Source: Azolla caroliniana (lineage: Eukaryota > Plantae > Polypodiophyta). Taken from it: a stretch of DNA of 64,000 nucleotides. The stretch lies in the NCBI GenBank assembly GCA_043228905.1, contig JBHGNT010000011.1:15624001-15688000 (forward strand), given 5' to 3'. Below the pieces are notes generated by a model. It saw nothing but the letters and a program-made list of their open reading frames with translations, did not search any database and was not told the origin of the DNA. A program made the position numbers and the translations under genes. Positions 13,101 to 26,129 of this stretch are shown here, piece after piece (the stretch's first letter is position 1; every line of letters starts with the position of its first letter).

Positions 13101-16100
13101 GGAACCCCAAAAATGTCTTCATTAACAATGAAAAAAAATTAACATGTTTCAAAGCTCATTTAGCGATAATTTCTCAAAAGGATTTGAATGCTTTCATGTG
13201 AAATTATCACAAACTTCAAATGCATGTTTGATGACAATGAAATTTTCAGACAATAACATTCCATTTAAATAATTGCTTACTCATCAGTGAAAGCAAATAT
13301 TGTTCCGATTGGTCTATAATGGCTAAGTAGCATTGCCATGAATCCTGATCGTGTGAAGACCAAAATGGATGTACCAAGTGTATTTGACATCATTGTGGAA
13401 TGGAAAGCAAACATTTCACTCATGTGTATCTGCAATGAACCATAAAGTTTTAACAGTTTTACTCTGGCTTCAAGATTCCAGGTATGAAACTATGAGAACA
13501 ACTAAACCACACAATCACAGTTAAATTATCCATCACAGGGAGTAACATTAATCCACTCTATACTTCAATTAATTGTTGTTTCTTGCTTTTCAAGAGGCCA
13601 GTATACATGAGAAACTCAGTTGGATATCCATGGTCCAATATGTTTTCTAAACTCAACTCTAATAGTCAATATTATGTCATAGTACTCATATTTATATGCA
13701 AGTGAATACCTCCAAAGCTCAGGCTAATTTAGGAACCAACCCTAGTAGGGAGACATAATTCTACCCATGTTCAAGATCAATCCATTAAATAGAGTCACTG
13801 GCTCAAATGTGTCTAAACAGCTCATCTACCCTAGTGGTTAGGGAACTTGGAAAGAAATTGGGATACAATTGTCTGACTGGATTTAGTTCAGATAGTTGAA
13901 TTTAGATCAATATTATGAAGAAAACTTAGTTGGCTATGTAATAAATCGGTTCAAACTTGAGTGAACAAGTCAAGTTTACTTTCTTTCTTTCAGGCAGAAT
14001 TCTGTATTAAATAGAAAAAAATCACAACACAAAAGAAACTTCCAGGTATAAAAATGTGAAAGATACCTTTGCAGCAGGGCCAAGGTTTTCCGGGGTCTGG
14101 CCCGGAGACATAGTTGCTTCTGTTCGCAAAGCAACTGTATGCATCACCTTCACAGCTTTTAATGGATACCTGAATAGATACAGCATCAAACATTCAAAAA
14201 CATATATACAGATCAAAGATTTCCAAACAGTTATGTCATGCTTACTTTCCGTGTGCCGTCTCTCCAGATAACATCACTGCATCAGCCCCTTCACGTACAG
14301 CAATGGCTATGTCAGAAACTTCTGCCCGGGTAGGTGTAGGATGATTAATCATGCTCTCAAGCATATTAGTTGCCACTATAACTGCTTTTCCTGCACTTCT
14401 ACAAAGTCGGATAATCTCTTCCTAAATAAGAGAGGTATGTATTATTTCTTTGTACACATACACACAAACAAATGCACTTGCATGTATGATATATATGTGT
14501 GTATGTATATACATATGTACGTAAATATGTATGCATACATGTATATCGGCATGTTAAGAAGGTGCAAAGATAGTTCATACCTGAAGCAAAGGAACTTCTT
14601 CTATTGGTAATTCTGCACCAAGGTCCCCTCGGGCAACCATTGCCTGCAAATATCAAGACTTTATAGAATGGATAATGATATTGTCCAACTTGGATATAAA
14701 CATTCAAGTATTTCTTAACATAATTTGACCTCACTTGCACAATGCTGAATGCATGCTTTGATACGAAGTGATTGGAGACAAGACAATTAACAAATTCGCT
14801 TGCACGTATTACACTTTTTTCCTTCAGGTTTCGCACTTAGAGAGAACTTAGCTCATGAGTACTTTGCGTTTATCAAGGATCAGAGTAATTCACTATGACT
14901 CCATAGGACTCAGCAAAGCAAAGATTTGGAGCATTGATTGAGGTAGTAATAATGAGTCCATATGAAGCTTGAACAAGCAGAGAAGGAGAAGTGAAGTAGT
15001 TGATCAAAATGTAGGCAAACACGAAGATTAAGTAGAACATAGCAAAACCATGGGGATGGAGCTTACATGAGAAATGGCAGATGAAGACAAAGGAATCCAT
15101 GATGCTAGAGGGATTCCAAGTGTCAAAGAGGAAATCAAGCCCACCACTTTCCTCTTTTATTTTATTTATTGAAAAATCTATATCACAATAGATGAAAGCA
15201 CACAAAGTGCCAACAAATTTGCCTGAAAAATATGAACTAGAACCATTACCAGGACCATAAAAGATTCTCTGAGCGTTATATGCAATAATCCATCATGGAA
15301 GGTCATGTGATGTGTTAGAAAGAAAGAGGGTAATGCAGTTATATAGGCCCAATTCCAAAGGATACATTCCTAAGATTTGCTCCAAATTCTTTCTCTGCTG
15401 CAACAATTTTGACTCTTATTTCGATGGACTTGATCAATACTCTCCATAACCTATGGAAAGCATTTGCTAGTTCCTCTCATGTTGCTCAAGACAGCAATGC
15501 ACTCATTTCATTTTCTTAGTTTGAGGACGTTTTTGTCCCTGTGTTTTACACATCAGATGAATGATTGTTAATCTAGGCAAGATATATTCTTTCGGTTGAG
15601 TTTTGCATTTGCAAAAGCAACATTTCGACTAATTCTCCTCAAAAAACCATAATCCCTATATATTTTGGTTTGTTTTGCTGAAAGATAAGACAACAGGTTA
15701 AGATGTGATTGTTCTTTCGGGTCTCATGGGGCATTTCAGCATCTCAAAATAAGTCGATATATCTTTATTTCCTTCTTCTTCTCTCTAGATTTTAAGCGTG
15801 ATTTAATCTCTTTCTTTCTCATGTTAATCAATTGGTTTTTCAGACTTCACAACCTGTTTGGATTTGCATTGTATTCTTCTAAATGACAATGTAAGGGATA
15901 TGATATTAAATATTTGTTCTATTAAGACGGATGTCTTCATGAAATTTAACAAATTCTTCTGTCGGTCAATAGTGCATCTAAAACATAATTGACTAGATTC
16001 CACATTTCTTCATAGATATAATATTTGTAGTTTAATGTGTCTTGTCTAACAGTGAACCTTAATATATTTTACTTGAAGTACAACTCACTCCATCAGATGC

Positions 16101-19100
16101 ATCAATAATGGACGGAAGGTTCTGGATTGAGTCAGCACTTTCAATCTTTGCAATAACATGGATATCAGCAGCACATCCTGCAACGAGACATGGCAAAGCT
16201 TAAACTCTCATGTAATATCTTAAAAGAAGAATCATTCACCCAGAAATCAATTATTCATTATAAAATGAACCATAGTCATTAATAACCAGAGTTAAAACTC
16301 TAACATAGTGTATCTTAAGAGAATTACAATTCATCCCATGATTTAATTTTTTAATTTGAAATAAAGCATAGTTAGAACCTCTTATTAGCGTAGGTCAGAT
16401 TACCTTTGAGGTAAGCTTTCAATTCACGCACCACTTGCGCATCTTTGACAAAGGATACCGCATAGAAGTCGACTTCATTATCCACTCCAAATTTGATATC
16501 TTCCCAGTCTTTCTCTGAGATCAAAGAAAGAAAGAAAGCTATATTAACGTTTTCTAAGAGGTCAAAATGTCCTACAGGACCAAACAAGAGATTACATCTT
16601 ACAATGTTTTCTCGTCTTTGAGAACAACAAACCAAAATAAACACAACTGAACATATGGTATCAAAGAATCTAATACATTAAAATTACACATTAGTATATA
16701 ATCCCCACTTATTCTGATTGACAAATAGTACGAAAAATATTTCACCCATGACTTACAACCCAGCTCTCTACCAGCAAACTTTGCCTACTATCTTCTTTCA
16801 TAAGGATGTGAATGTTCCCCGCCTGCCCCTTGACCTCATTTAAAAGCCTATTTCCACTTATCATCATCATTTTAGTCATTCCTTATCCTGATATTCTTGC
16901 TACTTTCATATAGTAATACCTTCTACCTCCTATCTTCTGATACAATTGATGTTTTCTGTCAAATGCACCCACCAGTTATAGAAGGCAGAGTGGCACTTTT
17001 CCCTCGAACATTGAGATGTCTGCGTGACTTCAACTCTCCACCATCAACAACTTCGCATAAGACTGAATCGCCTGTTTTGGACTTGACTAACAAAGACATC
17101 ATTCCTCCTGTATTATTTCACATGCCAGATTAAGTCCCCTAGAAGTCTTTTCTCAATATGAAATGAAGCAAAAACTGGTTGGCACAAAATACCATCAACA
17201 AGTAAGGTGTCTCCTTTCTCCACATCATTAACAAAGTCATCATAGTTCACACTCACGCAGTTCTCTGTACCAACCCCTCTTTTGATGGTAAATGTGAATT
17301 CTTGCCCTTTCTCAAGCTGTATAGGCTGCGGTAAGTCTCCACTCCTTACCTCTGGACCCTGAAACAAAGAAAAATGGGAGATTAGTACATGCAAGTACAA
17401 TATCTAATTCCCAGGGACAATCCTTTTTAATAAAACAAGGCATTCACTAAAAGCATCTCTATCCACACATTTTCACAACTTATAAAACAGAGCAATGAAT
17501 GAGCATCTTCAGATGTAGTTTGTGTTTATATGTAAACTCGGTGGAAGAACCCAATATCTCCTCAACCTAGATAGTAACATCTTACATCTTAGAATCTGAT
17601 ATTGCAAACTCCAAACAAACCACCAGGGCTGTATTGATTAACCAAGGAAACTGTGCCACAGGGGTGGAGAAACACAGAAATATCCAGGGTTTGTTGACAG
17701 TATAATATATTCCCAAAACTGAGTGGCCCAAAATCATGAGAATGAGCAGTTGGCTAAAGTTACCTTTCCTTTTACATTAATGCATGAATAATGGTTTCAT
17801 GACTGTCTAAAGACACATTGATTGTCCTTATGCAATGAAATATATAGAACATAGAAAACATGTGAATTCATGAAAACGCTTTTCAGCTTCAACTTTCTTG
17901 AAGCTTTGCAGAGTATTTATATGCGGCGCATAACACAAAACACAAACAAGCCCCTGCCCGAAACTACTTCCAGAACTTGGTCAAAATTATCAGTATCTCA
18001 TCTGAATGGCTGATTCAAATCTTGCATAAATGAACATCACATCTACCATAATGAATAATATATCTATCACGATTAGGTACAAGAATGACATGTCCGTGGC
18101 TTCAAATGTTGGTGATCTTTCCGAGGCAAAAGTTTCAGTTCATCTAAAGAAGCTCACAATGTTTTATGTTATCTATCATGGATATATGCACTCTTCCTTC
18201 TCAAGTGCATGGAATGTCTATGTGTATGTATGGCCTCAAGAATTTTTACTAGTTTATTTAGATTTTTACATTTATTTTGGTTTGCTCTACGAGATGAGAA
18301 AATATATTCGGATGTACTCTCTTATTCAGACTCATAGTCCAGTTTGACCTCATAAGGAACAGTAGCAAAACTTTCTTTCTATGTTTGGCTTCACTGTAAA
18401 CAATGAGGTTCAGAATGGGCACTCACCTTTGTATCCACCATGATGGCAATTGCATTTTCTGGTGACTTGGCATTGTATTCCTTGATAAGGTCGATCACTT
18501 TCTGATGAGAACTATGATCCCCATGTGACATGTTTAAGCGTGCTACATTCATTCCTGCCTCTGCAAGCTTCCAGATCATGTCTCTTGTCCAGGATGAAGG
18601 GCCAATGGTGCAAACAATTTTCGTCTTACGTTGGAAAATCGGCTTATCCCTCAATACATCAGAATCATGTAAGGCAAGAAGTTGATCTGCTGAATAATTT
18701 ACATCCCCCTATACAAAACAGAAGGGGACGAGTTCAGGATGACAATATGTGAAATTTTCAGATAGGGAATTTAACATTTTACTACCAGAAGACTAATGAT
18801 TAGGTTTTGGGATTGCTTGACTCATGTGAAACTTCTAAACGATACAAAGAAAGAATCAATACTTCAATACAAATGAAGTGATGAAAAGCTTCAAACTTGC
18901 AATGTCTGGAAGTTTGAAAGTTTAAACAATCATGGAAAGAAGTAATGCACAAGACAGACCAATCATTAGTTTCAGGATTACAACCGAAGCAGCACTTAAT
19001 AATACAATGAAAATTTGGATTATTTTAATGCAAACAATTTGATTTTTGACCCACAATGGAATGAAACAAATGAGATTGAAGGGAGGTCAAGAAGGGAACT

Positions 19101-19835
19101 AGTCTTTTGGGATCAAGACATCCATTAAAACATGCTTTTCAGTGCCTAGCTATTGATGCCAAACATGTTAAAAGTTTCCAAATATGGAAGAGTTTTCCAG
19201 CTCGCAACTTGTGAAATTTGAAAATTGATGGTTACAACATGTGAAAATTCAGTTGATTCTACGAAAGAATTGTGGATGCTTCAACCAGAAGGTTTCAAGC
19301 ATACAGCATGTGAAATATAAAAACTAACAATTTACAACATGTGAAGTTCGATTAATTCTATGAAAAAATTAAGGATGATCTCAAGTGCAAAGAGTTACAC
19401 AGCAGTGAATTATCTGATTTAAAGCAGTGTTCATGATCCATGATGTTTTCTGATACCGTTAAGCAGGAGACAAAGTGATATTGGAAGGAGAAACACACTT
19501 ACAATGAGACGACCAGATCGGAGGCTGAGAGAGGTTCGATCTTCTGGAGACACGGGGAGAAGCAGGTCGGATTGTTGGACAGATCGTCCACGAGCTCTGA
19601 TTCTGATTCTTCCAAAGTGGAAAGAAGACCTTTTCTGGCCGTGGAAGCCTCTAGAAGTAAGAATATGAAGAGATCGTAGGGGGAAAGCCATGTTTGTCGA
19701 TCCACAGAGAGAAAGAGAGAACCAGGAAGTTGTAGCAGTAGTAGTAGTAGTAGCAGCAGCAGCAGCAGCAGCAATTGGTGAAGAAGAAAAAGGAAGAGGA
19801 AGATGCGGCATGGTCACCAGAGAAGACGACGCCAT
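7150..19835 (-). CDS. Plastidial pyruvate kinase, beta-type subunit (PKp2/PKp3-like), about 12 exons
   Basis: S/T/A-rich transit peptide in exon 1 (19835-19503); in-frame GT-AG exons encode [98 protein letters not shown], and C-terminal [10 protein letters not shown] with stop at 7150-7152. Confidence 0.96.
8360..8600 (-). mobile_element. Degraded LINE (RTE-like) reverse transcriptase fragment, downstream part
   Basis: Minus strand reads [23 protein letters not shown] and a broken SIKQG..PLSPT motif. Confidence 0.75.
8601..12226 (-). mobile_element. Internally deleted Ty1/Copia LTR retrotransposon in a pyruvate kinase intron
   Basis: LTRs 11814-12226 and 8601-9493; PBS TGGTATCAGAGC (tRNA-iMet) at 11802-11813; PPT GAGAGGAGGG at 9494-9503; frameshifted gag with [14 protein letters not shown] knuckle, protease [11 protein letters not shown], RNase H GYSDADW..RKSTSGY..WKSKKQ..EAEY; integrase and most of RT absent; near-TSD ATTAC/ACTAC. 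Confidence 0.93.
8791..9219. mobile_element. Solo LTR of another family inserted into the Copia 3' LTR
   Basis: 429 bp with TG...CA termini, perfect 5-bp TSD GCCTA (8786-8790, 9220-9224); absent from the sister LTR, which reads GTATAGCCTATTTATAC. Confidence 0.92.
12227..12400 (-). mobile_element. Degraded LINE (RTE-like) RT fragment, upstream part
   Basis: Minus strand reads [26 protein letters not shown], the RT segment that normally precedes FVDF..AFD; contiguous with 8360-8600 if the Copia is removed. Confidence 0.65.
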
Positions 19836-22800
19836 AGCTCGATCAGATCAGTAAACTGGAATCAAAATCATTCGGATTCTCGATCGAAGACAGACAGATG
19901 GAGGGGGGGGGCTGTTTTTGACGATTGATTACTGGCCATTCGTCCAATGGACGCCCACCCAAAGCCAACTCATCGAGAGAAAGAAAGAAAGATATATTAA
20001 TGTCTTCTAAGGCCAAAATTTGGCCCACGAGACAATTGGTGTACAATAAAATAGGGTGTCTACCCATTCATTGAAATACAATCAAAAATAAAAACAGAAC
20101 TTCAGCTAAAAGAGTTCTAGTATTTGTACAAAACATGTTATGGTGTAACATGTTCTAGTATAGAGAGAGATGGGTGTCTATTCTTGTTAAATCAAGGAAG
20201 CCATGTATTTTATTGTTTACACTCTCAGAGATGACATTTCTGGCACCTACTCGAGAAAATATTAGTAAGACGAGAGATGTGTGGGGAAATATTCTCAAAT
20301 CCTTGAAGGATGAGAATTAAATGCATAAATCCGTGATCATTTCATGTACATAACAAATTATGTTTGGGTTGGGGCGGTTAGGAAGGATAATACACCCTGG
20401 TATGATTTGTCGTCATCATCTTTGTTATCCAATTGGGGTCGGTATTTGAAAAATCAGAAGATAAAGTTTATGTATTGAAGGTCTCAATTATGGCCTTTTC
20501 ATGTATGGCTTAAGGTGGTCCAATTGATTGTGGTCTCTATTGTATATTATTATCTTCCTTTACTAGCATTGTCTAAGAAAGCTCTTGAATTGGTGACACC
20601 ATCAATGTGGACGTTGTTATGGAATAGAAAAGGGAAAAGTGTCATGTCATGATTGTCATGTGATAATGTTTGTACTCCAAGCGTCTTAATGGGGCATCAA
20701 TATTGATTTTGTATTGATTTGCCTTCATTTGATCAATGTTTGAGGATACACAACCTTGGACGGAAATGGTGGCATATTTGATAGAGAATATAAGAATTTA
20801 ACTTGGAAACATGACTGGTGATTGAAGCTAATTGGGGGGGAATGTCATTAATTTTGAAAGGATGTCAAATGTGCAAGGTTTCTGATAGTTAATCATTTGT
20901 TGACATATTGGCAAGGTATGTTGGATTTTGTGATATGTCATCCTTCACAAGAAAGGAGATGTGTCAATTCATTACAAATGGAGGTTTTGGCAACATCAAG
21001 GTTGTTGAGGTGGGAAGGTAAACATCTTCTTAACCTTCAATTTAATTTGATGGCTTGATTGGGTTTGGTAACAATCAAGGATGTTATGTTGGTCTCATAA
21101 AGATGATTAATGGTCTTTCAAACAACAAGATTGACATTTCATATTCCAAGAGGGCATACATTTATCTAGGATAAGTTACAAGGATTATTATCATCGTATG
21201 AGTCAATTCATGATTTAGATGGGAGATCATATTTGACATTTGAAGCGGTGTCTAAGGTGGGATTGAGTTTGTAGCCATAATAATATTTAGATCCATAAAA
21301 GAGCTCTATACTTTGTTGTAAATTAGTCATGGTGGTGTTTTTTCTTTCATAATGAACACCACTATTTACAAAAGAATAAGAGATATGGGCACCCACCCCC
21401 TCCTCCTCCTCATGGTTTCATCTCAATAGGGAAACCATAGCGAATACAATCGTCAAAGGGCGTGTATGAATACACCAAGATAAATGCATGAGGGTCTCGA
21501 TGACCAAAAAAGATAGGCACAAGCAAGCTTCCAAGCCCACATGAATATTTGGAATCCATTATGATAATGTGTGATAATGTGTTGTAAGTACATGTGAATG
21601 GTGCATAGTCCACAAAGTCTAAAGTTAATTGAACTAAATTTTAGTTGGAATGTGTGTGTGTGTGGGCTTGTGGATATTTAAATACATGTGGTTGGTGTTA
21701 ATGTTTGCGGGGGAAGGGGGGGGCGGGTTAGACTTTAAAGCTTTAGGCTATGCCTAAATTGACCTTAGCTACAGTTTATCCCTATAGGAATCAACCATAA
21801 CTAGGGCTAATTTAAAAATTGCATTTAGTTATGAACGATTTCCTAAAGAGGTTATAAGACTCATAGAATCCAATAAGAGGTTGATTAGTTTAGGAACTAG
21901 TCTTAACTAAAACCTAATCACCACATTTATGACTTGTAGTTAATCTAAAATTGAAAATACCTAATCATCACATTCATCAAGAAACATTTTAGTCTTAATT
22001 AAAGAAGTTATTGATACATATGACCATGTTTCTTGTATACACTTGGCCTATGACAAATATTCTAGTCTGGAAACAAGGTTGTTTAACTGAAGCATATGAC
22101 ATGATTTTGCTTAGAAGTTTTTCTCCCAATTCACTACCACCACATCACAACATCTACCTCCACTTAACCAACACATCCTCCAATATATGCCAAAAGATGC
22201 AGTATGACAATCACCTTCTTAATTGACTGATTTTCTGTTATTTACATCCGACCTAGTTACAAGATGGACCCATAAGGTTCATCCAATTCAAGGGCCATTT
22301 ACCTTTGGCCTTTTAACTCTACCATGACCATTCCTCCCACCATATCCATGTTGACCACCCAATCTACTTTCAACTATTGTGTGTATAATTCCCTTGTTTC
22401 TCGGAGGCAAGTCATTTTTATCTTTTCCATTGAATTGTATCTTTGCATTGGCAGGAGTTACATAGCTTAGATTTAATAACTAACTTGAGTTGCCACCAGA
22501 TGTGAAATGTTATTTATTATGTAATACCATTACAAGTGTGCCTAAATTTACATGTCCAAACAATGAACTAACTCATATAGAGAGAATCAACCATAAAAGT
22601 AGGGTTAGAGTGAAGGGCATGATAACCACATATTTGCACACTAGATTCAAAAGCATCAATCTCTTGTACCAAGAAAATTTACGCATTCCATGTTCTCTCT
22701 GTACCGATAAAACCCTAGATAAATGTCCACTTTGTTTTCTTTGAATTCATGTAGTACCATAAACATCTTATATCTTTATACACCTCGGGTTTTAGGGTGG

Positions 22801-23377
22801 TCAACCTTCAGATACACACTGGCTGATGGTATAACGCAAACTGAGATTAACAGCCAATTAAGGAAGTTAGTTGCTTTAACATGAATTAGACGAGGCCGCC
22901 TGATTACAAGACAATCCTCGGTTTTTTTCAGAAGATGAAACAAAAAGACCTCAATTTGTAGAGTAATGACTATCTTTTTGTTTCCATCACAAGTCATACA
23001 GACGCCAATTGGAATTTGAGATACATACCATGTAAAAGAATGAAAATAGTACGAGAAGCACATACAGACTACGGCGAGAAAGCTGAAGGCAGAAGCGGAA
23101 AAAAAAAATACGTTTCTGAATTTGTTCGTTTTCTTCTTCATCATCATCCTCTTCTTCTTCTTCCTTCCAATTACATATAATGTTAAGAAATATCATCATT
23201 CACACCAGAGTGATATACCATATAAAAAAAAGTACATATTGGTAAGAGAAGCACATCTAGAAAGGACAAAGCAAGAAAGCAAACGCAGGGAAAAACAAAA
23301 AGCAGATGATGGTGGGAGAGAGAGAGTAAATGTTTTCCCATTTACTCTTTCTGCTTTCCGTTTCTTCTTTTTCTGAA

Positions 23378-23770
23378 TCAATCCTCTTCGTCGGGGCTAA
23401 AGAGAGCACCTGCATCGGGGTCGGGTGGGGGGTTGTCATCTTCCGGTACCATATCGTCATCAAAATCCGCGTCCGCCGCCGGAAAATCATCAAAATCTCC
23501 CGGAGGCGGGGTAGGCAAAGGATAATCATTAGAAACCGGATCCGGATGAGTCGTAGATTCTGTTGCTACCGACTCGGATGAAAAACCTCGTCTCCTCGTA
23601 GTCATGGTTCGCCAGAGGAGGACTGCTACAGAAGGAGGAGGAGGAGAAGGAGAAGGAGCGGGAACAGACCTTACATTATATGTACTCCTCTCGCAGTGAT
23701 AGCTCCGGGATAATGAAGAAGCAGAAGATTTCAGACGCAGAGCGCGAAGACTCCTGTAGAAGTTCGCCAT
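23378..23770 (-). CDS. Small 130-aa protein, organelle transit-peptide-like N-terminus and acidic/proline-rich tail; unknown family
   Basis: ATG in GCGATGGCG context, GC-rich relative to flanks, R/S/L-rich nearly acid-free N-terminus, C-terminus similar to ORF 39942-40361. Confidence 0.72.
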   Translation of the reverse strand: MANFYRSLRALRLKSSASSLSRSYHCERSTYNVRSVPAPSPSPPPPSVAVLLWRTMTTRRRGFSSESVATESTTHPDPVSNDYPLPTPPPGDFDDFPAADADFDDDMVPEDDNPPPDPDAGALFSPDEED

Positions 23771-23926
23771 CGCTGAGCTTCAGCGACCGTCCAAGCCTAT
23801 TCCGCTGTGTTCCTCTCTCTCTCTGTCAGCGTTTTCTTTCTTCTACATCGTCTTGCGGAACCTTCCAGAACCTCTGCTAAACCCTCGACATCGTTCGGAA
23901 TTTACAAATCTGACCCTCTCATTCAT

Positions 23927-24013
23927 AAAAAACTGAGAATTAGGGTTAATGTTCCACAAAAAACTGAGCATTACGGTTAATGTTCCACAAAAAACTGAAC
24001 ATTAGGGTTAATG
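23927..24013 (-). promoter_or_regulatory. 31-bp unit x ~3 carrying telo-box-like AACCCTAA upstream of ORF 23378-23770
   Basis: Unit AAAAAACTGAG(A/C)ATTAGGGTTAATGTTCCAC repeated in tandem; TTAGGGTT intact in units 1 and 3. Confidence 0.6.
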
Positions 24014-25453
24014 AAGTTTTTGACGATTCGTGTGGGGTTTCCATTTGTGTTTGTGTTTGAGTGCACACTTTTATCGAATCATCATTTCGATGTAGAACTA
24101 GGTTAGATTACATGGTCGATTAATTTGCTCTTCTTATGTGGATGTAGAAGCTCTTACTTATGTGTCGATGAAATCAACAAATATACGAGACAACAAGAAA
24201 AGCCTCCCGTTCATTATAGCCTACATTAATTGTTTAATTTGGTGCAATGCAACTTGAGCTAGTTTTTGACATCTTCCCGAGTTCGAGATAAGATGGCATA
24301 GAAGATCTTATCAGGACATCGGAGTGAATGATACATAAGAATAAGAAACATTTCGTGGTAAAACCTTGTAGTCGAGATCAAGAAGTTAATTTGGGGTAAC
24401 ATATGTTCATTGGGGCAAGTTTTAGCTTCCTACACAAAAAGAGGAGTTTGAAGCTCTAACTAGGCATTACAATAATAAGGCAATGATAATTGCATCCATA
24501 GTCTCATAGACTAGGTTAATTTATTGATTTTTGGCACCTTTTTTGTTCATAGAAATAGGTAGGCCTTGGGTTCATAAAGATATATGATAGAAGCCTTTTA
24601 AGGAGGTGTATTTGTTAACAATGCCTACATAAGGAGCAATTTCAGATATCAATATCACATATTGGAGATGTGTATATTCCAAATTTGTATGGATTGTGAC
24701 TTTAGAAATTAGGAGGCTCATAAGCTAAGCTATTGGTCAAAATAACAAAACAAAAAATGACATAGATTGCATGTAGAACGAGCTAGTGAGTAAACTTAAA
24801 GTGAGAGAAGTAGTTCTGTAAGGAGTGAACAACAATCATCAAGATTGGTAAAAATGGTAATTCTGCATATCTTCTCATAAGCATATGTACCTAGAGAGGT
24901 TTGTATGGATTAGGCATTTGATGATTGTTGGATGATTAGGATTCCACGCGTACTTACAGTAGTAGTTGCTTATCATTGTCCTAACTCACCCTTAGGGACC
25001 ATTATACTTCTTTTTGTAAAAATAAAGGTTCACCTTGGTATTAATGGAAAGATCATTGCACTTTTTTAAGAGTGTGGTTTTCCGGTAAAGACTTTAATCC
25101 GTAGATAGTACATGAAGTCTAGTCTCGTGAGAACTAGGATAATTTAGTAATAAGACCATGACAAACCTAGCATGTGTTGGGTAAAACAATAAGGAACATT
25201 CTCCTCAATCGCCATAAGGCAAGGTAATTGTTAGTTTAGCATATTGTTAAATGGATATGGTAAAGGATAGTTGGATGTTGTAGTGCATTGAAAGGGGAAG
25301 TTTGGTTGACAAAGAATATGGTGTTATAAAAGACATGTAGTGAAGATCAATGTTGCGCGGGGGAAACTTTTGAACTTTTTAAAACATGGCATGTATCATG
25401 TATGGGTGGGTGATGGGAATATTTACGACAAAGAAACTAGATGGCATAAAAGT

Positions 25454-25945
25454 TGTTACGGGCATGACCATATAATATCCTGTGGTAAGATTGTACCGTA
25501 GTATTCTATACACGTGTATAGAATACTACGGTACAATCTTGCCATGGGATATTATTTGGTTTCGCACATTATTGTAAAATAATTAGCATAAAAAACGTGT
25601 AGAATAATACGTATTCTAAGTATTCTAACTTCTTCTTTTTTTGATTGAATTTCTTTTGAAATGATAAATACTTGTTAAATACATAGAATACATCAAAATT
25701 TAAAAAACGGCAATTTTAAAACATAGAATACGTGTAGAATACTTCAAAGTATTCTAAAACGTAGAATACACGTTTTTTTAACAACTATGGTTTCACACTT
25801 AGCCTTAATGGATTGTCTTAATCCCAAGGATTAAAAGTAATCATTCCCTTCTTTACACTCTCGTTTAACACTCACACTTTATCCATATGTATAGAATACT
25901 ACGGTACAACGGGATATTATATGGTCATGCCTGTAGGCTGTAACA
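25454..25945. mobile_element. Rearranged Gypsy-LTR relic with U3-terminus sequence at both ends and a long palindrome
   Basis: Starts TGTTACGGGCATGACCATATAATATCC like the LTR at 38818; 25790-25935 is the reverse complement of ~38822-38970; ends TAACA; flanks AAAGT/GAAGT. Confidence 0.8.
25567..25789. mobile_element. Degenerate hAT-type MITE inside the LTR relic
   Basis: 8-bp near-TSD GTTTCGCA/GTTTCACA; termini CATTATTGTAAAA and TTTTAACAACTATG; repeated TAGAATAC/GTATTCTA subterminal motifs. Confidence 0.55.
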
Positions 25946-26129
25946 GAAGTGGTGTTAATTAAATGGCATATTGTTGGTGTTGGGTGACAATGACATTGGA
26001 GATTTTGGCAATTGATTCTCTCATTTTTTGATATAATGGGGTAAGTTACTTGTAAATTACTAGGCTACAACATAGAATCATGAGTCTAAACCCTTACTTT
26101 TACATATATTTACTACAAGATGTATCTTC

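Noticed and set aside
20300-21200. Possible decayed L1 3' region
   Set aside because: Only faint resemblance to the W..C.PK..GG motif near 20655-20700; boundaries cannot be supported.
22776-23581. Several overlapping ORFs around ORF A
   Set aside because: Shadow frames of the acidic/proline-rich ORF and GAA/GAT repeats in its probable 3' UTR.
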